The position numbers and the translations under genes were made by a program. The notes beneath the pieces are model-generated. The model made no database searches. It saw only the letters and a list, made by a program, of their open reading frames with translations, and was not told where the DNA came from. From an uncultured Spirochaetota bacterium (GTDB taxonomy: Bacteria; Spirochaetota; Spirochaetia; SZUA-6; Fen-1364), in the NCBI GenBank assembly GCA_963820525.1, contig CAWGAA010000001.1, forward strand, positions 2,432,001 to 2,496,000: a DNA stretch of 64,000 nucleotides, in the 5' to 3' direction. Of the stretch, positions 9,905 through 20,377 are shown piece by piece; position 1 is the stretch's first letter, and every line of letters starts with the position of its first letter.

Positions 9905-11678
9905 ACCTCTACGCTGTCCTCCTGGACGTGATGGGCTCGGCAGCCTTCACCGTTTCGGTAAGCGAGATCCTCATCCATGTGCGCAGGAGAAGCAGGAGCT
10001 CCAGCCTGTCCGTTGCCGCCATGTCTCTGGCAACCGCGGCCTACTGCCTCATGTGCGCGGGCCAATACAACGTGACGGCTTCCGCCGACAGCTTGTTTTG
10101 GCTCAGGGCCGAGGCTGTCTTTCTCAACCTCATGGCGCTTTCATTTCTCTGGTTCATATCGGACACGACGGGCGGCGTTCCCAAATGGCACATGAGGATC
10201 TTCTGCGCCTGGTTCGCTCTAAACGCCGCGGCCCAGGTTCTCGGGTTTGGAGACCTCACCTGGATCGCCGGCAGCCAGAGCATCAAGGAAATAACGCTTC
10301 CCTTGGCAGGAAAGATCGTCTATCTCGAGCTGGTTGCGGGACCGCTCAGCGACATCCAGTTCGTCGCGGGCATTCTCCTTCTCGCCTATATCTTTTGGGT
10401 CACGCGAAAATGGCGCACATCGGGACGAGAAAAGGAGCGCAGTGGTCTTCTTGTCGTCGTCGGCATCATCTTTACCGCATACCTGAACGATTTCGCGGTG
10501 ACCTCCGGCTTCTACGCCTTCGTGTACCTCACCGAATTCGCCTGGCTTTCGGGCGTGATCTACGTCGGCTTCCAGCGCTCGAACGAGATCCTCGAGTCCG
10601 TGAGGGTGAAGGAAGCCCTCGCGGAAAGCGAGGAAAAATTCAGGCCCTCATCGAGCAGTCGAGCGAGGCGGTGATCCTCGCCGATGAGAATGGCGTCATC
10701 ATCGAGTACAACCATGCCGCAGAAAAGCTCACCGGGGTTCCCGCCTTGCTGGCTGTCGGGATTCGGGCGCTGGATATCGAGGGGCGCATCATCGCCGAGG
10801 TGCAACGCAGAGGGGAGACACCCCCCGGGATCGAGGCCTTTTTCCGCGAGATGAGCGACCCCAGCTCGGGACAGGCAGTCGAGCGGAGGGTCGAGGGGGA
10901 GCTTCGCCGCTCCGACGGAACGATCAGATACTTCAGGCAGAACATCTTCCCCATCCGCACACGGAAGGGGTATCGGCTGGGAAGCATTGCGTACGACGTC
11001 ACCGAACTCAAGAAGTCAAATGACGCGGTCGCTGCCTCCCTTCAGGAGAAGAGCCTGCTCTTGAAGGAGATCCACCACCGCGTGAAGAACAACCTGCAGG
11101 TGATTTCCAGCCTCCTGTACATGCAGGAAAACCGCGCACAGGACCCGAAATACAAGGCGATCATCCAGGATTCCCGAAACCAGATCCTCTCGATGTCGCT
11201 GATCCACGAGGACCTCTACCGCTCCAACGATTTCAGGAACATCCGCTTCGGGGAGTATATCCGAAGGCTCACGGGCAGGCTCGTTACCCTGTTCGCGAGC
11301 GGCGGTCAGGTCTCTCTCAAGCTTCTTCTCGAGGACGTCTCGCTCAGCATCGACAAAGCGATACCCTGCGGGCTCCTCGTCAACGAGCTGTGCACGAACG
11401 CCCTGAAGTACGCATTCCCCGCGGGGTTCACGCAGCCGGATCCCGAGCTGCGCATAGAAATCCGCGAACTGCATGACGATGCTGTGGAGCTTGTCGTTGC
11501 AGACAACGGAATCGGCTTTCCCGAATGCCTCGACTTCCGGGAAGCGCAATCCCTGGGCATGCAGATCGTGACGGCGCTTGCACGGCAGATCCGGGGCACA
11601 ATCCGCTTGGAGTCGTGCCCGGGAGCCTGCTTCAGGATCCAGTTTCCCAAGACGGCAGGGGCCGGCAGAAAGGTCTAA
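9901..11678 (+). CDS. Multi-TM PAS sensor histidine kinase (HisKA_2 type), frameshifted at ~10640
   Basis: Multi-TM N-half (ORF 9901); PAS then LLKEIHHRVKNNLQVISSLL, NELCTNALKYAF, DNGIG, SLGMQIV (ORF 10053 frame); junction AESEEKF|QALIEQS. Confidence 0.85.
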
Positions 11679-11713
11679 CTGAAAAAACGATCTTCGGTGC
11701 ATACTGGCTCATC

Positions 11714-12600
11714 ATGATCAGGAAAAGCCGCCCCGATGGAACCTACCTCGGCAATCTGCCGCACTTCACCCGGATGATGCCATACCTGATGCCCACCCGC
11801 ACCGACGCGAGCATCTACTTCGAGCAGGACTTCGACGTGACGCACGCGCGTAAATACGTGAAGAGCGTGAACCAGGCATCCGAGGGCAACGGAAAGAAGA
11901 TCACCTTCTTTCAGGTGTTCCTCTGCGCTGGCGTGAGGACCCTCGCCCTGCGCCCCAAGCTCAACCGCTTCGTGTCGGGTTACAACTACTACCAGAGAAA
12001 CGAGATCCTCTTCAACTTTGTGGCAAAAAAAAGCTCAGCGACGACGGTGCTGAAATCAACATCACAATACCCTTCGCGCCGGACGAGACCCTGGCTACGC
12101 TCCCGGCCAAGGTAAGTTTGTTCGTCAACCGGGGAAAAGGCGGAGAAAGCAACGAGAGCGACAGCCTCAACATCTTCCTGATGAAGCTTCCCCGGTGGAT
12201 GATCCGCATGGTGGTATGGGCGCTGCGCTCGCTGGACTACCACAACCTGCTTCCCGGCTCATTCATCAAATCGATGCCCTTCTGGGCCAGCGTCTTCTTC
12301 ACGAACGTGGGAAGCGTCGGAATCGACGCTCCGCTTCACCACAACTTCAACATCGGCACATGCAGCCTGTTCATCGCCCTGGGCAAGATCAGGCGGGAGC
12401 CCGTCCTGACGGACAACGGGACTGTGGAATATCGGGAGAGAGTGAAGGTGACCTTCACGTACGACGACCGGATCGTCGACGGAATCTACTGCGGGCGGGC
12501 CATCGACCTGTTCCGGGGCCTTGTGGAGAATCCCGAACGGCTGGAGAATCCGCCGGAGCTGAGCACGGAACAGCGGGCGGAGCTGATGCTGAAAGCGTAG
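11714..12600 (+). CDS. Stand-alone 2-oxoacid dehydrogenase E2-like acyltransferase catalytic domain, frameshift at A8 run 12025-12032
   Basis: RPKLNRFVSG, FFTNVGSVGID, LFIALGKI, FTYDDRIVDG; no lipoyl domain; adding one A joins the two frames. Confidence 0.8.
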
Positions 12601-12608
12601 GAACACGT

Positions 12609-14339
12609 ATGTACGAAAAGAAGCCCTGGCTTCGATTCTACGGCGCCACCCTCTCTACCCTCGCCTATCCCAGCACGACCATGTACGGCGCCTATCATCA
12701 TATGGCGGCGATGGTGCCCAAAGTTGCGGCTCTCGTATTCCTGGGCAAGGGCATGACGCACTCCGAGCTCGATGATTCCATCATCCGCGTCAGCAGGGGT
12801 CTGGCCGCACAGGGCATGAAAAGCGGGGATCGCGTCCTCGTCTGCCTGCCCAACATCCCCCAGGCCGTTATCGTGTTCTATGCCTTGAACCGGCTGGGCG
12901 CCGTTCCCGCCATGATCCACCCGCTTTCCGCCCCGGCTGAAATCCTCGCGTACGCCCGTCAGGCATCCTGCGCGTGGGCAGTCACCCTGGATGCCTTCTA
13001 CCCTCGCTTCGCCGAAGTCCGCGGCCAGACCTCGATAAAACGTACCGTGGTCTGCCGGCTCGAAGACTGCATGGGAATGATAACTTCACTGGCTTTCGCC
13101 CTGACTCAGGGCAGAAAAATCAAGCCGGTGCCGGCGGAAGAGGGTATCATCCGCTGGAAAGACATCGATGGGAAGGCCGCCGCAAAGCCCGAGCTCAAGC
13201 TTCCTGACCCTCTTTCTGACACGGAGATGTCCCTGATCCTCTTCAGCGGCGGCAGCACGGGCGTGTCCAAGGCGATCATGCTCTCCAGCCGGAACTGCAA
13301 CGCCCTTGCCATCCAGACGAATGCCGCGGGGGGGCCGATTCTCCCCGGCGAAATAATGCTCTCCATTCTGCCCATGTTCCACGGCTTCGGCCTGGCGGCC
13401 GGCATCCATGCCATCCTGATTCACGGGGGGACCTGCATCCTGGTTCCCCGCTTCAATGCCGACGGCCTTGCGAAGCTGGTGAAGAAGTACAGGCCGCAAT
13501 ACCTTGCCGGGGTTCCGACCCTCTTCGATGCCTTGGCGGCCAATCCCCGTTTCAAGCGTACTCCCCTCGGCTGCTTCAAAGGCCTCTTCTCCGGCGGCGA
13601 TACCCTCAGCCGCGAGACCAAAGAGCGCTTCGAGGCGGTTTTGAGGCAAAACGGCGGGAATATCCCCCTGCGTGAAGGCTATGGGCTTACCGAATCGGTC
13701 ACTGCCAATATCCTTATGCCGCGGGACCACTACAGGGAGCGGAGCATCGGCGTTCCCTATCCCGACATGATAGCCAAGGTGGTGCGCCTGGGCACGACCG
13801 AGGAGGCGGCTCCCATGGAGGACGGCGAGATCTGCGTGTGCGGCCCTACCCTCATGCTGGGCTACATGAACGACCCCGAGGAGACGGCGGCCGCCCTGCG
13901 CACCCATGATGACGGTATCATGTGGCTGCACACGGGAGATCTCGGCTGCATGGACGCGGACGGATTTCTCTACTTCCAGCTGCGCATGAAGCGGATAATC
14001 AAGACCTCCGGCGTGAGCGTCTACCCATCGAACATCGAGGACGTGCTGAACAAGCATCCCGCCGTGCGGCTCTCCTGCGTCATTGGAGTTCCCCATCCCA
14101 CGAAAGTGCAGGTCCCGAAAGGATTCGTGACCCTCAACGACGGGTGGCAGGCGAGCTCCGAGCTGGAGAAGGAGCTGATCGATCTCTGCCGAAGCCGCCT
14201 GACACCGTACTGCTGCCCCCGCTGCATCGAGTTCCGCGATCAGCTGCCCCTTACCCTGGTGGGCAAGGTGGCCTACCGACGCCTCGAGGAGCAGGACCGG
14301 GAATCCGCAGGGGCTGATTCAGCCGTCACGCAGGACTGA
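12609..14339 (+). CDS. Long-chain fatty acid--CoA ligase (AMP-binding)
   Basis: FSGGSTGVSK, REGYGLTE, WLHTGDLG, LTLVGKV. Confidence 0.92.
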   Translation: MYEKKPWLRFYGATLSTLAYPSTTMYGAYHHMAAMVPKVAALVFLGKGMTHSELDDSIIRVSRGLAAQGMKSGDRVLVCLPNIPQAVIVFYALNRLGAVPAMIHPLSAPAEILAYARQASCAWAVTLDAFYPRFAEVRGQTSIKRTVVCRLEDCMGMITSLAFALTQGRKIKPVPAEEGIIRWKDIDGKAAAKPELKLPDPLSDTEMSLILFSGGSTGVSKAIMLSSRNCNALAIQTNAAGGPILPGEIMLSILPMFHGFGLAAGIHAILIHGGTCILVPRFNADGLAKLVKKYRPQYLAGVPTLFDALAANPRFKRTPLGCFKGLFSGGDTLSRETKERFEAVLRQNGGNIPLREGYGLTESVTANILMPRDHYRERSIGVPYPDMIAKVVRLGTTEEAAPMEDGEICVCGPTLMLGYMNDPEETAAALRTHDDGIMWLHTGDLGCMDADGFLYFQLRMKRIIKTSGVSVYPSNIEDVLNKHPAVRLSCVIGVPHPTKVQVPKGFVTLNDGWQASSELEKELIDLCRSRLTPYCCPRCIEFRDQLPLTLVGKVAYRRLEEQDRESAGADSAVTQD

Positions 14340-14355
14340 TCGGCGAGCCGGACGC

Positions 14356-16311
14356 ATGCACTCGGACTCATCCAGTCGCCGCCGTTTTTTCGCCCTGACC
14401 CTTTCAATCCTTCTGTCAACGTCTGCTTCCGGTCTGCCGGGGGCTGCCGCTGAATCACGGACATCGACGCCTTCCAATGCCGCTGCCACAACCCGATGGC
14501 CCGCGGTGATCCTGGACGGCTCCAGCCATTTCCTGATAGGAAATACGGTTTTCATACTCGCCCTCCTCGTGTCAATCGTGGTGCTCCTGCTTCAAATCCG
14601 AAGCAGGAAGAGAGCCGAGGGGGCGCTTCGAAAAAGCGAGTCATACTACCGTTCCCTTTTCGAAAACTCGCTCTACGGCATCGTCGTGACCAACCCGGAT
14701 TTCACCTTCCGTGAGGTCAACGCAGCTTTCTGCAGAATGCTCGAGTACGGCGAAGACGAGCTTGTCGGCTCGCGGACAATCGGCGCCGTCACCCACCCCG
14801 ATGACCTCGACAAAAGCAGGGAGCTGCTCAAGAAACTGGTCGGGCGGGAGATCGAAGAGTTCATCGAGGAGAAACGCTACGTCGCCAAATCGGGAAGAAT
14901 CATCCAGGCGCTGACCTTTGCCCGGGGCATCTACGACCCGAGCGGCCGCTACGTGGGCGGCACGGCCTCCGTGCTCGACATCTCGGAGCGCAAACGGGCT
15001 GAGGCTTCCCTGAAGGAGTACTCGGAACGCCTGGAAGAGATGGTGCGGGAGCGCACCGCGGAGCTGACGCGGGTCAACGAGGAGCTTCGCAAGGACATCG
15101 AGGAGCGAAGGCTGGCGGAAGAGGAGCGGGGGAAGCTCGGCGAGCAGCTTCGGCAGGCCCAGAAGGTGGAGTCCATCGGACGGCTGGCAGGCGGCGTGGC
15201 CCACGACATCAACAACCTTCTCTCACCCATCCTGGGCTATGCCGAGCTTCTCCTTGCCGACCTTCCCCTGGGGGATCCGAGGAAGACGGAGCTGGAGCAG
15301 ATCCTCGGCGCTGCAACGAGAGCCAGGGACCTGACGCGGCAGCTCCTCGCCTTCGGCAGGAGACAGATCCTTTCCCTGGCCCAGGTGGACCTGAGGGGGG
15401 TGGTATCGGGATTCGAGAAGCTCCTGCGGCGAACGATCCGTGAGGACATCCGCATCGACGTCCGCCTCCCGGGAAAGCTGGGGACGGTCCGCGCGGACGC
15501 GGGACAGATCGAACAGGTGCTGATGAACCTCGCCGTCAATGCCCAGGACGCCATGCCGGACGGCGGGGTCCTGACCGTGGCGCTGGAGGACGGGGTGCTG
15601 GATGAATCTTCCCGCGTCGCCCATCCAGACGTTGTCCCGGGCAGCTACGTCAGGCTTACCGTGGGCGATACCGGAATCGGGATGGACCCCGTGATGCGCG
15701 ATCACGTATTCGAGCCCTTCTATACAACCAAGGAGCGGGATAAAGGCACGGGCCTGGGCCTGTCCATGGTGTACGGGATCGTCACACAGCACGGCGGCTA
15801 CGTCTGGGTTTGCTCGGAGCCCGGTCGTGGGACCGCATTCACGATCCACCTGCCGAGGGTGGCTGAAGAGGCGACGAATAGAGAAACGCCCCTGCCGGCA
15901 ATGGGGGAGACCCCCCGCGGCGGAGAGACGATCCTCGTCGTGGAGGACACCGCCGCTGTGGGGGAGCTTGCGTGCACGATCCTCAGGCGGCAGGGCTATT
16001 CCGTGCTTCCGGCGGAGACCGTGGAGAGAGCCCGCGCCATCGTGCGGGGACGGGAGGAACCGATACACCTCCTTCTCACCGACGTGGTGATGCCGGGCCT
16101 CAACGGCAGGGAGCTTTATCAACAGCTGTCGGCCGCCAAGCCCGGCATGAGGGTGCTTTACATGTCCGGCTACACGGATGAGGTGATCGCCCATCACGGC
16201 GTCCTTGACGAGGGAGTCTCCTTCATCCAGAAGCCGTTCTCCATGGATGCCCTCTCCCGCAAGGTTCGGCAAGTCCTGGACGAAGAAAGCGGGCGCAGCG
16301 GAGATCCTTAA
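14356..16311 (+). CDS. Hybrid PAS histidine kinase-receiver
   Basis: PAS (THPDD), GRLAGGVAHDINNLL, MNLAVNAQDAM, FEPFYTTKE, GTGLGL, C-terminal REC LLLTDVVMPG; start uncertain. Confidence 0.9.
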   Translation: MHSDSSSRRRFFALTLSILLSTSASGLPGAAAESRTSTPSNAAATTRWPAVILDGSSHFLIGNTVFILALLVSIVVLLLQIRSRKRAEGALRKSESYYRSLFENSLYGIVVTNPDFTFREVNAAFCRMLEYGEDELVGSRTIGAVTHPDDLDKSRELLKKLVGREIEEFIEEKRYVAKSGRIIQALTFARGIYDPSGRYVGGTASVLDISERKRAEASLKEYSERLEEMVRERTAELTRVNEELRKDIEERRLAEEERGKLGEQLRQAQKVESIGRLAGGVAHDINNLLSPILGYAELLLADLPLGDPRKTELEQILGAATRARDLTRQLLAFGRRQILSLAQVDLRGVVSGFEKLLRRTIREDIRIDVRLPGKLGTVRADAGQIEQVLMNLAVNAQDAMPDGGVLTVALEDGVLDESSRVAHPDVVPGSYVRLTVGDTGIGMDPVMRDHVFEPFYTTKERDKGTGLGLSMVYGIVTQHGGYVWVCSEPGRGTAFTIHLPRVAEEATNRETPLPAMGETPRGGETILVVEDTAAVGELACTILRRQGYSVLPAETVERARAIVRGREEPIHLLLTDVVMPGLNGRELYQQLSAAKPGMRVLYMSGYTDEVIAHHGVLDEGVSFIQKPFSMDALSRKVRQVLDEESGRSGDP

Positions 16312-16339
16312 GGCCGCGCTCGTTCGGCGAGCGGGCGTG

Positions 16340-17161
16340 CTACGCCTCCGCCCCCAGCTCACGCAGCGTCGCGACCGTCTCTGCCACCACATCGACGTCG
16401 TTAGAGTCGTGCCAGTCGCTGTTCTGGTACTCCAATGAGACGGCATCCCGGTACCCACGAGCGACAAGCTCCTCGAGGATGGCCCGGATGGGAATGACGC
16501 CGTTTCTCGTCGTGGTCTGGAGCTTGCCTTTCCGGGCTTGACGGACATGGACGTGGCGCGCGTACGCCTGGAGCTCTCGCACGTCCTCGATCGCGAAGCC
16601 GCACGACACGAAATGGGAATAGTCCAACGTGAGCTCGATGCCGGAAACACGGGCCAGGAGCAAGGCGACTCGCGGATCTTCAATGATCGAATCCACGTGC
16701 GGCTCAACGGAGAGGCGTATCCCGGCCGCGCGGGCGATTGCGGCGTACTCCTGGAGCGTTTCGACGCAGAGCTGCCAGCCGCCCCCGATTTCCCCCGCCT
16801 GCACGATGCCCGGCTTGAGCGTGATGCCGTGCGCCTCGCACCCTTCGGCGATCTCGACGACGCGGCGGAAGAGCCGGGCATTCGATTCCCGGCGCCAGCC
16901 ATCCGGATCGTTCGTCTCGAATGGCAGGAGCGGGAACAGATCGCACACCCTCATCCCCTCGCGCCCCAGCCGTTTCTTCAGGCGTCGCCCCTGCCGCCGG
17001 GGCGGATCGGGGCCGTCGATAGCGAGGTGAGCGAAGCCGATGTCGACGTGCTCGAAACCGAGCGCGCGCAAGATCCGAATCGAGGCATCGAGGGAGAGGC
17101 AGGCGAACGACCAGGAGGAGCAGGCGACCGTGAGCGATCGGTCCGCTATTCGCAGACGCAT
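16340..17161 (-). CDS. Sugar phosphate isomerase/epimerase (xylose-isomerase-like TIM barrel)
   Basis: SVEPH, TLDYSH, RHVHVRQ, VSLEY metal-ligand pattern. Confidence 0.8.
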   Translation of the reverse strand: MRLRIADRSLTVACSSWSFACLSLDASIRILRALGFEHVDIGFAHLAIDGPDPPRRQGRRLKKRLGREGMRVCDLFPLLPFETNDPDGWRRESNARLFRRVVEIAEGCEAHGITLKPGIVQAGEIGGGWQLCVETLQEYAAIARAAGIRLSVEPHVDSIIEDPRVALLLARVSGIELTLDYSHFVSCGFAIEDVRELQAYARHVHVRQARKGKLQTTTRNGVIPIRAILEELVARGYRDAVSLEYQNSDWHDSNDVDVVAETVATLRELGAEA

Positions 17162-17165
17162 GTCG

Positions 17166-18008
17166 TCATTCCTTGACCGCGCCCCGGGTAAATCCCTGGA
17201 CCATGTAGCGCTGCAGCATCGTGAAGATCAGGATGGCCGGAATGCAGGCCAGGACGGCCCCGCTCATGATCTGGCCCCAGCTGATCCGTCCATGCTGACC
17301 CTGCATCAGCGCGAGTCCCACCGTGAGCAACCGCAGGTTCTCGCTGCGCGTGAAGGCGAGCGCGTAGATATACTCCCGCCACGCCAGGATGAAGGCGAAC
17401 ATGGCCACCGCCACCAGGCCCGGCGCCGACAACGGGAGGATGATGCGGAAGAGAACCTGCGAGCGCCGGCATCCGTCCATGATCGCGGCCTCCTCGAGGG
17501 ACACCGGTATCGTGTCGAAGTATCCCTTCAGCATCCAGATGGAGAACGGCAGCGCGAACGTGCCGTACGCGATGATCAGCGACAGGTGGGTGTCGATGAG
17601 CCCCAGGGTGCGCATGACGATGAACATCGGTATCACCAGCAGGACGTAGGGGAACATCTGCACGGCGATGATGAGCACGCCGAGAAATCCCCGCCCCCTG
17701 AACCGGAACCGGGAGAGGCTGTATCCGGCGAACACGGAGATGAGCAGGGCGCAGGCCGTCGTGATGACGCTCACCTTGATCGTGTTCACGTAGTACACCC
17801 CGTAGGTGGTGTGAAAGAGCATGAAGAGATAGTTATCGATGGTGGGCCGCTTCGGTATCCAGCGGGGTATCTTGGTGAAAATCTCGTCCCCCGGCTTGAA
17901 GGAGGTCGAGATCATCCACAGGAACGGGAAGGCCAGCACGAGGCTGAAGAGGGCGAGCCCGATGTATCTCCCCGTGTTCCCGATTCTCCTGCGTGCGGTA
18001 CGAGTCAC
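17166..18008 (-). CDS. Carbohydrate ABC transporter permease (MalG-like)
   Basis: PFLWMISTSFK; EAA motif IPVSLEEAAIMDG; GTG start after GGAGG. Confidence 0.92.
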   Translation of the reverse strand: MTRTARRRIGNTGRYIGLALFSLVLAFPFLWMISTSFKPGDEIFTKIPRWIPKRPTIDNYLFMLFHTTYGVYYVNTIKVSVITTACALLISVFAGYSLSRFRFRGRGFLGVLIIAVQMFPYVLLVIPMFIVMRTLGLIDTHLSLIIAYGTFALPFSIWMLKGYFDTIPVSLEEAAIMDGCRRSQVLFRIILPLSAPGLVAVAMFAFILAWREYIYALAFTRSENLRLLTVGLALMQGQHGRISWGQIMSGAVLACIPAILIFTMLQRYMVQGFTRGAVKE

Positions 18009-18025
18009 GACGACGCCTCCCCTTC

Positions 18026-18910
18026 CTATCGCGGATAGATGATCCGCCTGATGTAGAAACCCGTCAGCACCATCATGATGATCAACATGACGGTTGCAAC
18101 GGCTGCCGCCATGCTGAATTGAAACGCCGAAAAGAAAAGCTGGTACGTGTAGGTCGACAGGACCTGAGTGGCGTTGCCGGGACCGCCCCGGGTGAGGATG
18201 TAGGTGAGCTCGAACTGGTTGATGTTCCAGATCGTTGACAGGATGATCACGATGAACGAGATGTTGCGCAGGTGCGGGATCGTCAGGTACCTGAAGCTCT
18301 GCCACGAGTTGGCACCGTCGATGGTGGCCGCCTCGTACTCCTCGCCGGGAATCGCCTGGAGCCCGGCGAGCAGCACGATGGCCACGAAGGGGATGCCCTG
18401 CCAGATCCCCGCCGCGATGATCGCCCACATCGCGGTAGCATCCGTCGCCAGCCACGCGACGTTCTCGCGGATCAGCCCGAGGGAGATCAGGATGGAATTG
18501 AGGATTCCGTACTGTTCCTCGTAGATCCACTTCCACGTTATCGCGGCGAGGGCCGGCGGAATGACCCAGGGCGTCAGGATGATGGCGCGAAATACCGCGC
18601 GCCCGGGGATCGGCTTGTTCAAGAGGACCGCCAGGAGCAAGCCGAGCAGGTACTGGCCCACGAGCACGCTCAACGCCCACCAGATCGTGTGCCACAGCGA
18701 AAGGAGAAAGGTCTTGTCCCTCGCCAAAAGCAGGTAGTTCTTCAACCCTACAAACACGGGTGCCGGCGTGTACGCATCCCGGTTCACGAAGCTCAGGAAG
18801 ATTCCGCTCACGAGCGGGTAGAGAAGCAGAACGCCGATGAGAATGATGGCGGGCGACAGGTACGCGTAGGGCAGCGCCTTCTCTCTTCGTCGATAAGCCC
18901 ATCCCGGCAT
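18026..18910 (-). CDS. Carbohydrate ABC transporter permease (MalF-like)
   Basis: FVGLKNY, LAGLQAIPGEEYEAATIDGA, LTRGGPGNAT. Confidence 0.92.
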   Translation of the reverse strand: MPGWAYRRREKALPYAYLSPAIILIGVLLLYPLVSGIFLSFVNRDAYTPAPVFVGLKNYLLLARDKTFLLSLWHTIWWALSVLVGQYLLGLLLAVLLNKPIPGRAVFRAIILTPWVIPPALAAITWKWIYEEQYGILNSILISLGLIRENVAWLATDATAMWAIIAAGIWQGIPFVAIVLLAGLQAIPGEEYEAATIDGANSWQSFRYLTIPHLRNISFIVIILSTIWNINQFELTYILTRGGPGNATQVLSTYTYQLFFSAFQFSMAAAVATVMLIIMMVLTGFYIRRIIYPR

Positions 18911-18932
18911 GCTTTTCCCCGATCGGTCAAAG

Positions 18933-18965
18933 GGAAGCGGCGCGAAGCGGGACGCGCCGCTTTCC
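18933..18965 (-). other. GC-rich stem-loop between SBP and permease genes (likely mRNA stabiliser/attenuator)
   Basis: AAGCGGCGCG ... CGCGCCGCTT perfect 10-bp inverted repeat with 8-nt loop, just after the SBP stop. Confidence 0.6.
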
Positions 18966-18973
18966 GTGAGAGA

Positions 18974-20314
18974 TTACTGCTGAAGCTGCGTGAGCTGGGC
19001 TTCGAGGGCGGCGAGCCCATCATCCACGCTCACCTTGCCCTGCATCATGTTCTGCACCGTCGCCCTGCCGAACAGCTCGGCGAACTGCTGCCACTTCGGT
19101 GCCATCACCAGCGGCCGGGAGAACTCCATGATGTCGAGGAAGGGCTGGAGGACCGGCTCGTAGTGAGCCTTGGCCCACGTGACGTAATCCTTGGTGAAGT
19201 TCATCCCCAGCGGGACGTACGCATACTCGTCCGCGTACGTCTTGCCTTCCTTGTACTGCGTGAGGTAGAAGAAGTTCATGAACTTGATGGCCGCGTCCTT
19301 GTTCTTCGAGGCCTTCAGGATATTCCAGGCATTGGGGAATCCCATGGTGGCGGTCTTCATGCCGGGCGCCGCGGACGGAGTCAACCCGGTGCTCCATTTC
19401 CCTTCCAGGCCCGGGGCCTTCTGCCGCAGGGCCGGGATGATCCAGTTGCCGTTGTAGATGATCGCGAAGTTGCCGAACGCGAAGCCATTGGTCACCGCTT
19501 CCCAATCCATGTTGACGATCGTCGCCGGCATGACCTTGTATTTCTGAACGAGATCGACCATGAATTGGGTGCCCTTCTTCGCCTCCGGCGAGCCGAGATC
19601 GGAGACCCATTTTCCGTTCGCGTACTTGTCGATAGGCGTGCCGGCCTGCCACATCCAGCATTCCCAGAACTGGACGGCGTTCTCGGCCTGAACGGGAACC
19701 CCGAACCCCCATTGGTCGATCACCCCGTCGCCCTTCGTCGACACGGTCAGCTTCTTCGCGGCCGCTATCAGCTCGTCCCAAGTCCTCGGATGAGACGTGA
19801 TCCCCGCCTTCTGCAGCAGGTCGTCGCGGTAGAAGAAGCCCCACGTGGCGCCGTCGGCGGGGAACCCGTCGATGCGCCCGTCGGGGGTCTGGATGACGTT
19901 GAGCGCTCCGGGAAGCAGGTTGTCCTTCAGCTTCTGCGGGATCGCGTCGGTCACATCCGCGTAGGCGCCCATGGAGCGGAACTGCGCCACCATCGTCGGG
20001 TTCGCCTCCGCGATGTCCGGCGGGGTGCCGCCCATGATGTCCACCAGGAGCTGCGCGGGGGCGTCGGTCCAGCTCACCCGGGTCTGCTCGATCTGGATGC
20101 CGGGATTCTCTTTCATGAAGCGATCGGCCGCCGCGTTGACGACATCGATCATTCCGGGAATCCACGTCATATGGAAAATCCTGATCTTGACCGGCGCCGC
20201 CGCCTGACCCGCAGGCGCAGCCTCTTGCTTCCCGCCGGCGAACACCGGCGCCGCGGCCATGAGCATGAGCAGTGCCATGCCCAGCGCGACTAAAAGTCGC
20301 ATACTGTTCTTCAT
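18974..20314 (-). CDS. Sugar ABC transporter substrate-binding protein (CUT1 family)
   Basis: Signal peptide ending VFAGGKQE; FFYRDDLLQKAGI, PRTWDEL; operon context. Confidence 0.9.
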   Translation of the reverse strand: MKNSMRLLVALGMALLMLMAAAPVFAGGKQEAAPAGQAAAPVKIRIFHMTWIPGMIDVVNAAADRFMKENPGIQIEQTRVSWTDAPAQLLVDIMGGTPPDIAEANPTMVAQFRSMGAYADVTDAIPQKLKDNLLPGALNVIQTPDGRIDGFPADGATWGFFYRDDLLQKAGITSHPRTWDELIAAAKKLTVSTKGDGVIDQWGFGVPVQAENAVQFWECWMWQAGTPIDKYANGKWVSDLGSPEAKKGTQFMVDLVQKYKVMPATIVNMDWEAVTNGFAFGNFAIIYNGNWIIPALRQKAPGLEGKWSTGLTPSAAPGMKTATMGFPNAWNILKASKNKDAAIKFMNFFYLTQYKEGKTYADEYAYVPLGMNFTKDYVTWAKAHYEPVLQPFLDIMEFSRPLVMAPKWQQFAELFGRATVQNMMQGKVSVDDGLAALEAQLTQLQQ

Positions 20315-20377
20315 ACGACCCTCCTTGCGGTATCGTTTCTGAAGAGAGGAATGCACCCACCGTGCTGCCTCTCACGT

